64,000 bases of DNA from Azolla caroliniana (GCA_043228905.1 JBHGNT010000021.1:868001-932000), one strand, 5' to 3'; positions 1 through 13,995 are shown, numbered from the stretch's first letter. Numbers and translations are program-made. The notes: a model not told the origin generated them from the letters alone.

Positions 1-1143
1 GATATTTTGCTACAGAGTGAAACAGCTGAGATGGAATGATCCCTAGACTGGAGAAGGCAGAACTCACATGCCCCAGGATCAGCATGTGATCAGCCAAATT
101 AGCATTGAGTTCTGATGCTTGTGGTATGTGCCACCAAGTCAAGCAGTAAAATTGTGACCTCAGAAATCTTCAGCCCTTCAAAAAGCATTAACCATCTTAA
201 CCAGTGTGACTGCTTTTGCACATCAACTATGAAACCTTTCCCATAATAACCTTACATCTCAAAAGCTTGCATTGGATCAACCTATCTTTCATTCAGTCCC
301 TAAGATCATCTTGGCCACAAATGCAGAATAACTCAAGACACAACTAGGAAAGATAATCTGAAAAAACACCCAACCTGTCAATATTTGACAACATCCTCTT
401 TACTGGAGTTAAGTTACTGGACAACGCATAGCATGATAAGATCATGCGTCCCATACCAATCTATTGATGTTCATCAGACCACAAACGGTGAACCAAACAC
501 TCATCCCAATAATTAACCCTCACCAAACCTCCTACTCTGATATGAAGACATAACACCAGGTTTTCTTGCATTTGGTGGCACTGTATCCTTGGGTTTTCTT
601 GCATTTAAATCCATCATAAAGTTCCTACTTAAACTTGATTCAGCTAAAGTTACCACTGAAACTTAATTCAGCTCACCATGGGTACTTAGCATCTTGGCGG
701 GTGAAAATATACTAAATAAACTGCACATTAACTAAAAACGCAAATGAGTTACATAGCACCATTGGCCAAAGTTGCTTCATGATGAATTATTACACATTTC
801 CTTGAGGAAAATGATGACTTACCCAAAAAACTGTTGTTCACAAAATATAAGCTTCCCACACATGAAAAAACGCATCATTTAGAACACTTCTCGCTCTCAG
901 AAAATATGATTTTTAGCACTCAAAACGTTTGCATAAATATGACTTATCCCATGGCTCGTCGAGAAAATAGTGATTAGCACAGATATCGTTCACCAGAAGG
1001 TTAAGAAAATGAAGGTTAAGAAAATGATGAATTGAGCATCAACATTTCTTTTCACAGATATCATACAGGTAAAATATGATAGCTCACTTAGAGAAAAGAT
1101 GGCTCGTTGCATAAATCGTTCTGATTATAAAGGGATGACTTAC

Positions 1144-1462
1144 CACAAAGGTCATTAACTTTCTTCGCCATGTCTTTAATTTCCTTCTCCGCTTTCTTGA
1201 TAGATGTGGCATAAGGTCCGAGTCCCTAGAACAGAAAAGGCACAGAGACATATCAGACAAAGAAGCAAGAAAGAGAGAAATATACACCTGCAGAGACATA
1301 CGACGTAGAAAAAGAGAGATAGATGCATTTGAGCAGACGATCTAGTAGAATAAGAAGAAGACGGAGAAGTGAACTTACATAGGTCTTGAGAAGAGCGATG
1401 TCATCTTCGTCGAGAGGAGGCGGATTCTTTTCATCCAATTCCTTCTCTGGTTCAGGCGCCAT
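1144..1462 (-). CDS. RPT1: 26S proteasome AAA-ATPase subunit RPT1 (regulatory subunit 7), first two coding exons; the gene continues off the left edge
   Basis: Exon 1 (1462-1379) reads [28 protein letters not shown], followed by a GTAAGT donor. Exon 2 (1225-1144) reads [27 protein letters not shown](G) with AG/GT boundaries. Both match the plant RPT1 N-terminus. The expected next exon (IKESDTGL...) was not seen in 1-1143. Confidence 0.93.
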
Positions 1463-1825
1463 GGCTGTTTCTGGGGGAGCCTAGGGTTTCGTCTACTGTC
1501 TTCTGCACAGAAGAAAAATGAAATGGCTTCTTCCTGTCTTGGATCTCAAGCTTCCCGAGCCTCGATCGATACAACTTCAGTGAATCTATATAAAAAAGAG
1601 AACAAAAATGGTCCCAAGGTTTGCAGAAACTCCAGAAATGGTCCAATAACGTTTACAAAAACTACGAAAATGGGGCCACTCAACGATATCATTCATCCAT
1701 AGATAATCAAACTTCTAAATTTGGGGCGGCTAGGGGGCCCTAATCTTGGGTGTCTCCTAGCAAATTTTGTATGTGCTCGTTTCCACACAAGGCATCGGAA
1801 GAACACAATTTACAATCACAATCAA

Positions 1826-2025
1826 ATATATACAATGATATAGTTAGGCATATAGGGATAAAACCGAGATGACTAGTAAAGGGGACACAATTGTGTGCAT
1901 TCATTCATTCATATATATACAATGATGTAGTTTGGCATATAGGGGGTAAGTAACCAAGATGACTCATAAAGGGGACATATATGAAGCATGCTACACAATC
2001 GTGTGCATTCATTCATTCATATATA
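1826..2025. repeat. Imperfect tandem duplication, about 90-110 bp x2
   Basis: tatatacaatgat(a/g)tagtt...gatgact...aaggggaca...gtgtgcattcattcattcatatat occurs twice in succession. Confidence 0.8.
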
Positions 2026-3110
2026 ATCGAGTTTATGAGTTTAAAGGTATATCTTTTGTAAATGTGGTGGATGTGTGTATTGGGAGCCCCTTGCAATGTC
2101 CCCCCCCCCCCATTTGGTCCTTCATGTAATGCATGTTTAGGAGTGTGGATCTCCTCAATCTCTTTGTTGGTGGGAGATGTGCACTCCAAGGGTTAACTCC
2201 TCTTTGTGGATGAACCCTGGAATAATTGTCTAAGTTGGGATCGTCTACTTCCTCTCGAGCATTGAAGACTATTTGAATGTTCCTGTGAGCCTCTCTTGAA
2301 TATCTAACAAGCATAACACTCCAAAGGGTGCACATGTTTATATCTTTTGTTTTGCATACATAGCCCATTGGACGAAATAGATCACCTATGAAAGCCTGCA
2401 TGAAGCATACAGGTTGTAATAGAGCATGTGTTTGATTTTTTCATGTACCTCAAAATATTTCATGTGGACGATCCATTGAAAGTAATTAAGAACCTCGTAG
2501 TCATGCTTGGCGTCCTCAAATTTAATGTAGCATGCACAAAAAGGCCAGGTGATTAGAATGGCAAACATTCCCCTATTCATACAAACTCGCTTCTCAAAGT
2601 ATGTACTTCACACCACTCTCTCTTGCACATCGAAGCACAAAACGCATAACTGCGTGTTTGATGTTCCTCTAATCAATCATTTCCGAGACCCATTTCAATG
2701 GGCAATTGAAGGTGATGCCCAGCCAAACATAGAACTCGAGAAGCTTGACGTGACCTCCTAGACTGATGCATGAATAAATGATATAGGTGATGGATTTTCC
2801 TAGCAAAGTGCGAGAGAAAAGAAAAGGAGAACATATAACAGGTGCAAGAGAAAAAACCAGAACGAGAGCATATCTATCATAGATATGAATTTAACCCAAT
2901 CTCGATAACGTGGTTATTGTATGTACTTAAACTCAAATGGCGGATGGAAATTACACTTATTGCAAAACAGACACACTTTAGGAGACCCGGAAGTTACGAT
3001 GCGCCCCGCCCTTCGCCTGCTCCGTGAAGGGTTACCGGGGGGGTGGTTTCTCGGCAATACGACACACTTTGGGAAAGATCAAGACGTACCATTGGGAGCG
3101 GGTCCTAATG

Positions 3111-3160
3111 CCACGTGGACAAACCGCGTGCCATGTCAGCAAACCGCGTGCCACGTGGCC
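3111..3160 (+). promoter_or_regulatory. Promoter module of two G-boxes and two CGCG-boxes upstream of CBP60
   Basis: CACGTG at 3112-3117 and 3152-3157 flanks AAACCGCGTGCCA repeats (CCGCGT at 3124-3129 and 3144-3149). The module sits just before a (CT)n tract typical of the transcription start region. Confidence 0.6.
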
Positions 3161-3162
3161 TG

Positions 3163-3212
<50 letters not shown>

Positions 3213-3806
3213 GCTCGTCAGCGTCTGTGTGGGTGTGTGTCTGCAGATGAACGGAAGGTTCTTCTGATTTTCCACATATGTACAGGAAGGATCGGGTATC
3301 TCTCCTTGCGAAAAGAAAAGAATCTCGTTCAAGAATCAATGCATAGCAGAGAAGCTTGTATAGAGCTCGATCGAGTCCGGAGGAAAGTAGACGGCAACCA
3401 GTTTTCAGATAGATATATACAAAAATATATACACTGTTTCGACTTCAAGAGAAGAGTTCTGCGCAGATCGGACCGTCTTACATACGGTTAGTAATTCTCG
3501 CTTTTCTCTGTCTCTCTGTCTCTCTGTCTGATATTAGTTTTCTTTTCGCATCTCTTTTCCGTCCGTTTCTTCAGGATTTCATGAATATTTTCCTTCATCG
3601 CATATTCACTTCAAATTAAAGAAAATTTGGAGAATCGCAATTAATTGCGAGCTGCTGACTCTTTCTTTCGCATGTCTTGATCTTGATCTGCTCTTATTTG
3701 TATATCCTCAGCTCCCACAAGGAGAAAACAAAGAATATTTTTGATGACTTTCTGTTTTCTGGTTTTGTTCACTTCATTCAGTGTGACATAGCAGAAACTC
3801 ATTGCA

Positions 3807-6800
3807 ATGGCACATAAACGTCCACTTGATGATTCTGGGGGTGGCAACGATGATTCAGAAGAGAAGAGACAACGCATCAATCTGCAAAGGTTTCTTTTGT
3901 GCGCAATATTTCTTTACACGTCTGTTGATGATTTCATCTCAAGACTCAATATGCCTTTCTTTTTCTGCTGATATCTGCTTGTATTTCTCTGCCCTTTGTT
4001 CCGTAGTTCTGCGCTAGAATCTATGAAGTCAAATACTATGCAGATGTTCTGGGTAGTACTCGAACCAATGCTTCGAAGGGTGGTACTGTTTTGATTCCCT
4101 CATCTTTATAAATTTTCCACTCTTCGTTTTAAGTTCATTTGAAAATACCACAACTTATGCATGAAATGATGGGCGTTTATGAGAAAATACCACAATTTGA
4201 AGGAACTCTGTGGTACAGAATTGATATATATTATGTCATATGTTGCTTCCTTTATAAATGTCAAACTAGCAAGCTTAAAGCTTTTTGATCAATGTTTTGG
4301 TGAATGAAGATTTTATGTACCAAACAATTGAACGTTTTACTCTCTTCTCATAGACACCCTACTGAGGGCGAATTGGGTGAGGGATTGTCAAGCACTCTGG
4401 GGCTGCTGAACTCATGTATCTAGACTCAGCGAACTCTCACTCACCTCTCTTGAAGGCCATCCTCACCAAGAAACCAGTGCCTTGTTAAGGCTTAAGTGTT
4501 AGGCGATATTAACAGGTAGAACGAGTACAAGTTTATAGACTTAACCACACTTTGATTGATTAAGATTACTGACACACATGATAGAGAGGGATGGAGGGAG
4601 AGAGATATTAGAGTTTGGCCCAAAGAGCACTTAATGCTAATCTCTCAAAAAGTATGAGAGGGAGAGCTCTAGCTTTGGATATATTGGAGAAACAACTGAA
4701 TCAACTTGCTTTTAAAGTCTAGCTAGGTGTGAACACACATGATTATTCTGTTTTTGAGCTGGGGCTGATGCCTCTCTTTCATCTGGTTTCTATGTTACTG
4801 TTCGCTCTGAGGTCCTCTGATGATCGAGAGTGATGGTTCATTTGTGCATGACCAAATTCCATCGTGGTTTTAATTACATGGTTGAAGCATACAAAAACTA
4901 CCGCCCTTGCGATACTTCCTAGATGCACTGTCTTACACTGACCAATTCAGAATTTAATGTATTCATTAGACGATATCTCATTCAAATAGGAACTAGGACA
5001 TGGAGCTAGGAACAAAGACAACCTTCTATTGAAATAATCTTCTCCATATCATGAATAATGGATTCATACTTTGCATTCAGTATATGGATATCCATTTGTC
5101 TAATGCTCTGAGATCTGGCAATGGACAAATCCACACTTCATTCCATTTGCTGGAGATGGAGATAGGTAGGGTTAAAGGTGTATCTCATATGAAAGGATAT
5201 GGTAGCTCTGCCTTATAGTCCCACTCATGTGAAACATAGGTTTTTAGATTTTTCTTGGAAGTAAAAGAAAATAATGCTCATAGGGTAATGTTCTACTATT
5301 GGAATACCTATGGAATGCACATTTCTTGTAAAAGAGAATTAGCAATGCTTTAAAACGAACATTGCTATTATTGTTTCTCTACCAATTGCCTGAAATATCA
5401 AATTTATAGAGAAGTTACCCCCTGTGGTACATTACTCAAGAATAATGTACCACAGGGGGTAACTTCTCTATAAAAATGCATGTGGGTATAATATCACATT
5501 ACTTGAATCAAATTTAAAATGCAATTCGTATGAAAGGGAAATATCTAGACTTGGAATGGACAACAAGATTTTAACTGCTTTTTCCTACATTTATGTGAAT
5601 CTCTCATTTGAGAGGAGTGCCTCCTCTTGTACATTTATCGTACGAATCAAATTGGAGTAAGTACTAAGTATAAGCATGCAAGAGTGTAAAAAAAAGAACA
5701 TAGATATTGTGATATTTGAAGAACTTGTTAAGACCATACACAGATGATATTACCACCTTCTTAGGTGGAGACTGTTTAACTGTAGTATTCTTACACGGTA
5801 TAAATTATAGTCAACTACACTCATGTTATGAAATGGTATACCATCTCTAGTATGAATAGACTTCAAATCCATTTAATGAGAAGAAATTAAACTTCATATG
5901 CGGATTAATATTTCTATATGTAGAAATATATAGAGGATCATCATTAACTCACAAAAAAACACATGGTTTATGTGTTAAAATAACTACTAGACGTCTTTTA
6001 ATTATGTGACCTGAACTTTGTAATGTTGTGTAAATTAACACTGAAGATGCTATAAAGAAAACTGTCGTGATTTAAGAGCCCCATTAGGATCCTTTGAGAA
6101 AGCTAATGAACTAAGCTGCCAGTTTGAAAGATAAAAGCACTTCATGGACAAGAATCTTGTAGACCATATTCTTTGCTCACAATCATTTACCGTACACATG
6201 TGATGGCACTTGCTGGGATATTTCATATTTTAGTATTCATAGAAGAATGTGGACAGATGCACAACATGGATATGCAATCAGTCAATGACTCATGTGAATG
6301 TTTTGGAGAAAGAGGGGTTTACTAATATCTTTATGATATGGCTCTTACACATTTCATCTGGATAAATCCATGGAAAAGCTTATAGTAGGCAGTGGATAAA
6401 GACTTGATAAATGCAATTTCATAGCTGAATTGTGAGAAAAAAGCTTCATCTAGAACATATGAGGTTTTCACAATACTAAAAGTACATCTGGCTGGAAAAA
6501 TGCTCTACTTTGGCATTTTTCTAGCATAGCTATTCCTTTTTATAAAGATGTTTTTTATTTCTCGACCAAAGAAGGGAATACTTGCATAGGAGTTATACTC
6601 TGGGCATATTTAATTATGGATAACGGTAGTAAAAGAGTCTTGGTTTTAAATTGTTAAATAAGTCAATTGTGGATTGTGGATCAGGTGAGTGAAGAAGTGG
6701 AGCGAGTCATTACCAAATATCTTCCTTCTCAAAATGGATTAAGGTGCTCTTGCTGCTCTTGTCCGTTTTGCTGAGCATGCATTATCTTCTGTAATTTCTT

Positions 6801-9800
6801 ATTGGCACCTGTATCAGCTTCCTCTATTGGTGTTCTTTATTCATAGCAGGTTACCATCAAAGCAGCTTCAAGGCTCAGAATCTGCATCATTGCGGCTGCA
6901 GTTCCAGAACAGGCTAGCACAGCCACTGTACACTGGTCGCAGGGTGGAAGGAGAGAATGCGAATTCAATTCAGGTGTTTTTGCAAGATGCAAATACAGGT
7001 AGCATAGTAATTATCGAGGATGAATCAGCAGTCAGATTAGACATAGTTGTTTTAGAAGGGGATTTTTCTAATGATGACAAGGAAGACTGGAGTTCAGAGG
7101 AGTTTGAGAACTATGTAGTCAAAGAGCGAGAAGGTAAACGCCCCCTTCTTACAGGTGATCTTTCAATACAACTGAAACAGGGAATAGCCACTCTTGGAGA
7201 CCTCATATTCACAGACAATTCAAGCTGGATTAGAAGCAGGAAGTTTAGACTTGGAGTGAAGATAGCAAGTGGGTGCCTTAATGGGTCTAGAGTTCGAGAA
7301 GCAAAAACAGAGCCATTCTTTGTCAAAGATCATCGTGGACAGTGTAAAGAATCTATTTATACTGCTGTTGAAATGATACAATTTTATATAAACGATTTGA
7401 TTTGTTGCTTAGTCCATATATATTGTAATAGGATTAAATTCCTAATGTTCCTCATCTGTTCTAGGAGTCATGGTTCAATAAATTCAACCTTCCGTTGCTA
7501 TAGGATGTGTACACCCAACTATGTCTTTTGCGTCCAATGCTGATCATGCTTAAACATCTTTGCGAATTTTATGCTAGAAAATGGCAGTTTCCGCTTGTGT
7601 GTGTTTACTCTTTTTGCAAAGTAGATATAAACCATTTTTGGCTTTTTAATGTTTGTTGAATATTGTATTTAGTCTTATAAATAATAAAGCTTCAATTCTA
7701 ATGGACAGTGTACAAGAAGCATTATCCTCCAAATCTAGATGATGATGTATGGCGATTGGAAAAGATAGGTAAAGATGGTGCCTATCACAAAAGGTTGTGT
7801 GAACTTAACATCAACACAGTGAAGGATTTCCTTATAAAATATTCAATTGGGCCAACAAAACTTCGTGAGGTTAAAAATATGTTCTTTCTTTGTATTGTTG
7901 TGGTACTAATAACATTAGTTTTAAATATTTTATTTGTGCATTATTAAAGGAAAAGAATATCATCACCATATATTACACACTCATATATTTTTTGTTGTCA
8001 ACTTATTGCAGATATTTGGAACAACAATGTCAGGGAAAACATGGGATTGCATAATTGAACATGCAAAGACTTGTATTCTGACTGACACTCAACATGTATT
8101 TTATCCTGATGAGAGCCATTCCATTGGAGTCATTTTAAACACAATATATCAACCTTTAGGAATAGTTAGAGATGGAACTTACATCCATTCAAGTTATTTG
8201 TCAGATACAGAGAAGGTCTGTGCAGTTCTTTTTTTTGTTTTGTTTTGTGTACTTCAACTGATGTTAACTGATATATGCGGCAGTTTTAAATAGGTAAGGA
8301 AATGTTTCTTTTCTGGTAATGACAGAGTTTGCATATCTATATTACAAACTGATGTTGTAGTGTGCAAGCTTGTGGAAAGAGTTTCAAACACGAGGAGCAA
8401 TGTAAACATACTCGATTCAGTCATGTACATGCAATTCAGTCATTAAGCTGGGTTGGTTGCTGGTAGATAGTCTTCCAACCAATGCACAGCTTCACAATGG
8501 TGAGAAAGGAATGAAGCCATTCATGGCTAATGTTTCGCTTCCATTGCCTCGTGAGGGAGGGATTTGACCTATTCTTCTGGGCCATGAACACTTATGATAA
8601 CAGATGTTTGGGGCTCTTTTTACTAGTGGTTCTTTAATTTTGAGAGGTTTTCCTGTGGATTAGGCAACCAGAAGGGACTTCAGAAGGCCCGGCCAAGATA
8701 CCTCAGAGCAAGCTCAACCAACATCTCATGTTGGTGACCAAGTTGTTTAGCCAAGATTAGTTACTAGTCCACAGAGCCAATTTCTTTTCCACTGGCTCCA
8801 TTTGGCTTTCAGCAAGTTCAGATTCAATATGCAGCAGTTCTGCACGTTCTACCGTGCAGGGGAATGTTTGCTTGCCTGCAGACCAGGATTATAGCAAATA
8901 GATAGAATGTATCTACATTTTGTTAACTCTAGACACCCAAGGAATGTGCCTCAGCACATAGAAGACAATTCATGAATTGGAGGATATGTAGTGGTGGGAC
9001 ATTGCTTGACTGAGTAGTCCGTTCTGTTTAATCTAGACACCCCCAAGGTATGTGCATTAGCACATAGAAGAGAATGCATGAATCAGAGGATATGTAGTGG
9101 TGGGACATTGCTTGACCGAGTAGTTCAGTGTGTTCACTCTAGACACCCAAGGTATGTGCGTCAGCACATAGAAGACAATGCATGAATCAGAGGATCTTCC
9201 TGATGCTTCACCAGGGATAGTGATGTCAATTAATGTACTGTGGTATCATCCCATACGAGAGTTCATGGGCTGATCCACACACGTTCTTACTTTCTGATAT
9301 ATATGCATATACATACATATATTAATCCGTAGATACGTTATATTTTCCACATTACGTCAAACAATAATCTGTACTTCATTGTACTTTTATCACAACCTAG
9401 CTACATAGGGAAGGTACCTAATTCATGTGCAATTTCATTCAGCTTTGTTTCTTCAGACATTCTATAATATTCACGTGGATGTAAGTTTTGGTTTCATAGG
9501 TAACGTTGGTCTTTTCAAGACATGAATATAACTGTTCATTACATTCTTCGCACTTCTCGCTACCCAGGGGTACTAATGTGAGCCACTTATCGATAGATGT
9601 AGTGTGAGTGTGCATCCTGTGCATGGTGCCTGTTCTTTAATCTTTACTTTTCTTATTATGAGAGACCTCATATCAGATCATAAGGTCATTTTGGCCTTTT
9701 CATGCTACAACATAACATTTCGTTTTTCTGTCGCTTGTCCGTCTTCCTGTAAGGTGATCCGAGTAGGCATAATCAAAGTGGACCATGAAAGGTAGTGGAT

Positions 9801-11111
9801 CAGTTGCATGAGATGAGTCGCTATACATTGGACTCACTACAAGCTGTAATTATCTATTATCAGGCCCTCTTATATGAATACACATCTCACTCATGCTCTT
9901 TGTAGTGTCAGAAAGCACGATAGCACCTCTTCAGATCAGTCAAACATTAAGAGACAGATATGCACACCAAGGCATAGAGGAATGAATCTTTCAATTGTGC
10001 AATCTAGAGATTGAATCAGAAGAACGTTGTAGCTGATCCTGGAAGTTTCTGTGCGTTTTTTAGCAGCTAATTATGAATGCCATTAATAATTTAATTGCTT
10101 CTGCAAAAATGTTTTATAATTATAATTAGAAAACAAATTATCTGAGTCATATGGCTTTTGCAGGTATATATGGATAGATTGGTTCAAGATGCACACAATG
10201 ATCTGAACAGTATCCAGCAACTTCCATCAAGTGTGAAATATGAAGATCCAGACAGCATTGTTAGAAGTATATTCTACCACCTATTTATATAATATTATAA
10301 GTTTTAGAATTGATCTCTGATCAATTGGGCCGTGTTTTAATAATTCACTAATCCAATAACAAGCATTTTCAAGAAATATTCACCCACCTGCCATCATATT
10401 TAGGTTTATGACTTACTGGTTTTGCTTCAGTCTCTATGCAAGTTTCCTAGCATTTCGTTTGAGATGTTCAGTGGACCTTGCATATACACTCATTTTCCAA
10501 TTTCTAACTAATATTCACCCAACCACTTCAATATTAAGGTTCAGCTAATTTCCTGCTGTTTTGTGGTTATGGATTCTTGGACTTGATTGTTTATTTATGT
10601 TTGTGCAGGTGGACAGGCTAGTTCAGTCAGTGATGCCTTTTCGTGGCATGATTTGCAAGGACAAGGAGGTGAAATGTTTTATGAGAATTCGGCAACCACC
10701 ACTTCAACACATGACAGCTGTAATGCACTACAGAATGATATGACAGCATCTGCAACTGGGGTTGATATATCTCGCTTGCTATACAGTAATGTTTATTCAC
10801 CTGGGACATTTGAATCCCTCTTTGCATATGAAAACTATAACACCCCCAACCGATCAGTGTATGATGATAAAGAAGCACGGGCAGTAGCATATTCAGGAAG
10901 TGATGAAGTGCTTCTTTCAAATGTAAATACAGGGCGCTTTTCCAGCTCTGCGATCCAAAGAGATCTCATAAATTCTATATCAACCAACAACCATCCAATC
11001 AGTTTGCATCGAAGGCCTTACATTGGCTGGATAAAATTGAAGGCAATTTTAAAATGGTGTTATTTAATGAAAGCTTCTAGAAGGAGAGTGCATGTACAGC
11101 AGTTGGATTGA
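3807..11111 (+). CDS. CBP60: Calmodulin-binding protein 60 family transcription factor, about 560 aa, 8 coding exons
   Basis: Exons 3807-3889, 4007-4082, 6685-6743, 6850-7343, 7709-7869, 8012-8215, 10164-10266 and 10609-11111 join in phase (1683 nt) with GT-AG boundaries. Motifs: [79 protein letters not shown], and a C-terminal CaM-binding-like [11 protein letters not shown]...RRVHVQQLD. Confidence 0.93.
5403..5474. repeat. Perfect 32-bp inverted repeat with an 8-nt loop, in a CBP60 intron
   Basis: tttatagagaagttaccccctgtggtacatta (5403-5434) is the exact reverse complement of 5443-5474. The loop is ctcaagaa. Confidence 0.95.
8926..9195. repeat. Intronic tandem repeat, about 105 bp x2.5
   Basis: The unit tctagacacccaagg.atgtgc...agcacatagaaga...gaggatatgtagtggtgggacattgcttgac recurs at about 8926, 9031 and 9137 (third copy partial). 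Confidence 0.9.
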
Positions 11112-12137
11112 TGTTTGAGTAGTTTTCTAATCAATGTTTTTTTGATATTGTTTCTGGAATTTAAACCGCGGTTGAAATATCTTATTGCAACGAGAAAATA
11201 TGCACTATTGTGTATGTTACATCAATCTTGGTTGCTGTGAATTTTGAATGGGGGTGTAATGTGTGCCAACGCATCTCTTTCACTTATTTCAATCCCTATC
11301 CCCTTTTTGGTCATTTAGCATATGTTGTATATGTTGATGAAGAGAAGTATATGTCGCGGTGTATTCCTTCTTTCTTCTGTCAGAGGTATTGAAGATGATT
11401 CCAGGTTATCCTGATGCATTGTAGAATCAATGGCCTTCTTGTTACTTTGGCATATAAAATGACGATTTCCTGCATTTAACAAAGAAGAAGGAAATTGATG
11501 ACTCAGGTGATTCAACAGTTTCACTTGCGCATCCCCCATTGTATATTTAATCAATGGATTCGAAGGGGTTTTGACCTTTTGTAGCCAAGTGTAGAGATAG
11601 CTTATGGAGTTTCGAAGGGCATTAAACAATACCTCCATCATCATCCAAAATATTTGTATCCCAAGTTCAATAGATTAATTTTTAATTTCCTGCACAGTTG
11701 TTTCTAAACAACCTTTTTAAATTCCCAACAGATTGTATAAGTGTAGACAAATAAGCCTATTGGAAGCTTATGTTGGTAATAGTTATGCATATATTCATTT
11801 GATTCTTGTTATTGATGAATTTGAAAAGGTGTTATGATTCAACCTACAAGGATAAGCTAACCTTTGTGGGTCTTATCTCTAACATCAAATTAAATTAAAT
11901 TTAGAATAAATGACCGGCTAGTACTGCATGCAGTAGAATCAAACGATTCAACAACTAGTAGTAGTGTATCGATAAGTATTTTTGGATTACGCAACTAATA
12001 CCTGTAGTAGCTGTTATAATAGCATAAAGATAGGGATGCTGAAAGTAGGGAAAACAGATTCTAATGAAAGGTGGGATTGAGGAAACTGAAAAATGATGAT
12101 ATAAAGAAACAAACGGAAATTTGGTTAGAGCAAGGAT

Positions 12138-12275
12138 AGGGAATGAAGAAACATAAGCAATGAAGATGAAAGAGAGAAACAACAAAAAGAAAAGGTAAGG
12201 GTAGGGAATGAAAAGAGAAGTGAAGAAACATAAGCAATGAAGATGGAAGAGAGAAACAACAAAGAGAAAAAGTAA
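12138..12275. repeat. Purine-rich imperfect tandem duplication
   Basis: gaagaaacataagcaatgaagatg.aagagagaaacaacaaa occurs twice. Confidence 0.75.
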
Positions 12276-12862
12276 GAAATAAACCAAGGTGCAAAATACA
12301 AGAAGGTTCTTGTTTGGAACGAAAGAAAGATAGAAAGTTTGCAAGACAAATGGATGGTAGAGGTGTGAAGTGCATAAATGAGACGGGTAAAGCATGGAAT
12401 TGTAGAGTATTTATATGCTTAAGAAGATACTCTTAGTATTCATATGCAATAGATATCGTGGGTTGATGGTAGAAGCATGTTGATCTCTATTGTCGCCTTG
12501 TTTGTCGTTTAGAGAGAATATTAAATTGAGTATAGAGGCTTGTTTTGGTAATTATGCGTTATTATGAACGAGATCCACATTCGTGCAACAAATTTGCTCA
12601 ATGCTATCAAGACATTGCATTCACAAATTTACGTTGGTTTCTCTTCGTGCAAGCTAAGATATGTGAATGTATTTCTATTTTCTTGGTTGGCAAACAATGC
12701 TTGCCACTTCAGCCATCGAGTTGTATTTGTCTCAACTTGGTTGTCTATGTTTTCTTCATTGTGTGTTATGTACAAAGTATTTGTGTATTGGCACTAAAAT
12801 GAAGTCGTCTAATATTGTCGTAAGTGCACTATCTTTTACATTGTGTGGATGATGAGAAACAC

Positions 12863-12947
12863 ATCATAACTAATCAACATGGGTCTATAACGCTTCATGC
12901 CTCTCATCATAACTAATCAACATGGGTCTATAACACTTCATGCCTCT
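12863..12947. repeat. Tandem duplication, about 43 bp x2
   Basis: catcataactaatcaacatgggtctataac(g/a)cttcatgcctct occurs twice. Confidence 0.85.
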
Positions 12948-13796
12948 AGGAGCGTGTCTTTAGATATCACATACATTCTTAAGATGGGCTTCATTATTAT
13001 ATGGAATGTATTAGACTTTTTGTATAAGACCATATTCGTGCGCCTTGAGATGCCAGGAAACTCACACAGTGCAAGGTCCACACAATGTGGTATGTTCATA
13101 CTTATTACAATGTTATTCTAAAGTGTTTGCCACTTTTGCTAGTATTATAACAAACCGATATTTTAAATTTTAAAGGGAACTCTGACAAAAGCTTCATTAT
13201 TCAAATTTATAGGTAACTGTGTTGATATTGGGTGTGGAAATTAAGCAAAATGAATTGCACCCAACAAAGCCATGTGATCTAGAAGTTCAAAATTCAAAGG
13301 CTAAAGTTGGATGCTCTCATGAATCTCAACGTACGTGAGAGAACCTTGTAATGCAAGGGATCCAATCGCGAGTTCATTCGATCCACTTTATCGGGGGAAA
13401 TGCCGAGAGGAAATAGTGAGATGAAGTATTTGGCCGATCTTGGAAGTTTTGAAGACGGCTTGGGGGATATTCTCATTGTCGTGACCTGGGGTGGGCGGAC
13501 GGGGGAGAGAGAACAAGGGAGTGAATTGGAGATGAGAAGGCCCCCGAAGACTCATACGAATGAGATTCTGTATCATTGTGTCCGGAAGGAAGGCCCCCCC
13601 GAAAGAAGACATAAGACAGGAATGAATGAGAGAGATTCTGTGGTTTGTCCGGACGCCCACAATGACTGGTCTTCTTGAATGGACACGTGGCGGTGCTCCA
13701 CACGCGTTTTCATTTTGTTTCTTCCTTTGGCTTTTCTTCTTCTAAGTTGTCTTAGTATGTATCAACAACATACACACACATATATGTTCTGTCTTT

Positions 13797-13798
<2 letters not shown>

Positions 13799-13844
<46 letters not shown>

Positions 13845-13940
13845 GTCTTCCTCTTCCTCCGCCTTCAAAAGGAAAAGAAGAAATCCAAGAGAAAAGAACC
13901 TGCACATAAAACCAGAAAACAGAGGCATTAGAGAGAGACT

Positions 13941-13995
<55 letters not shown>

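Noticed and set aside
800-1140. Repeated donor-like and gaaaatatgat motifs in the RPT1 intron
   Set aside because: Short degenerate local repeats with no in-frame RPT1 exon recognisable.
8926-9195. Repeat array that could be mistaken for CRISPR
   Set aside because: Whole units are repeated with no unique spacers, the context is a eukaryotic intron, and no cas genes are present.
11955-12395. 146-aa hydrophobic ORF and overlapping ORFs
   Set aside because: These are antisense readings of a purine-rich duplicated tract with no recognisable domain.
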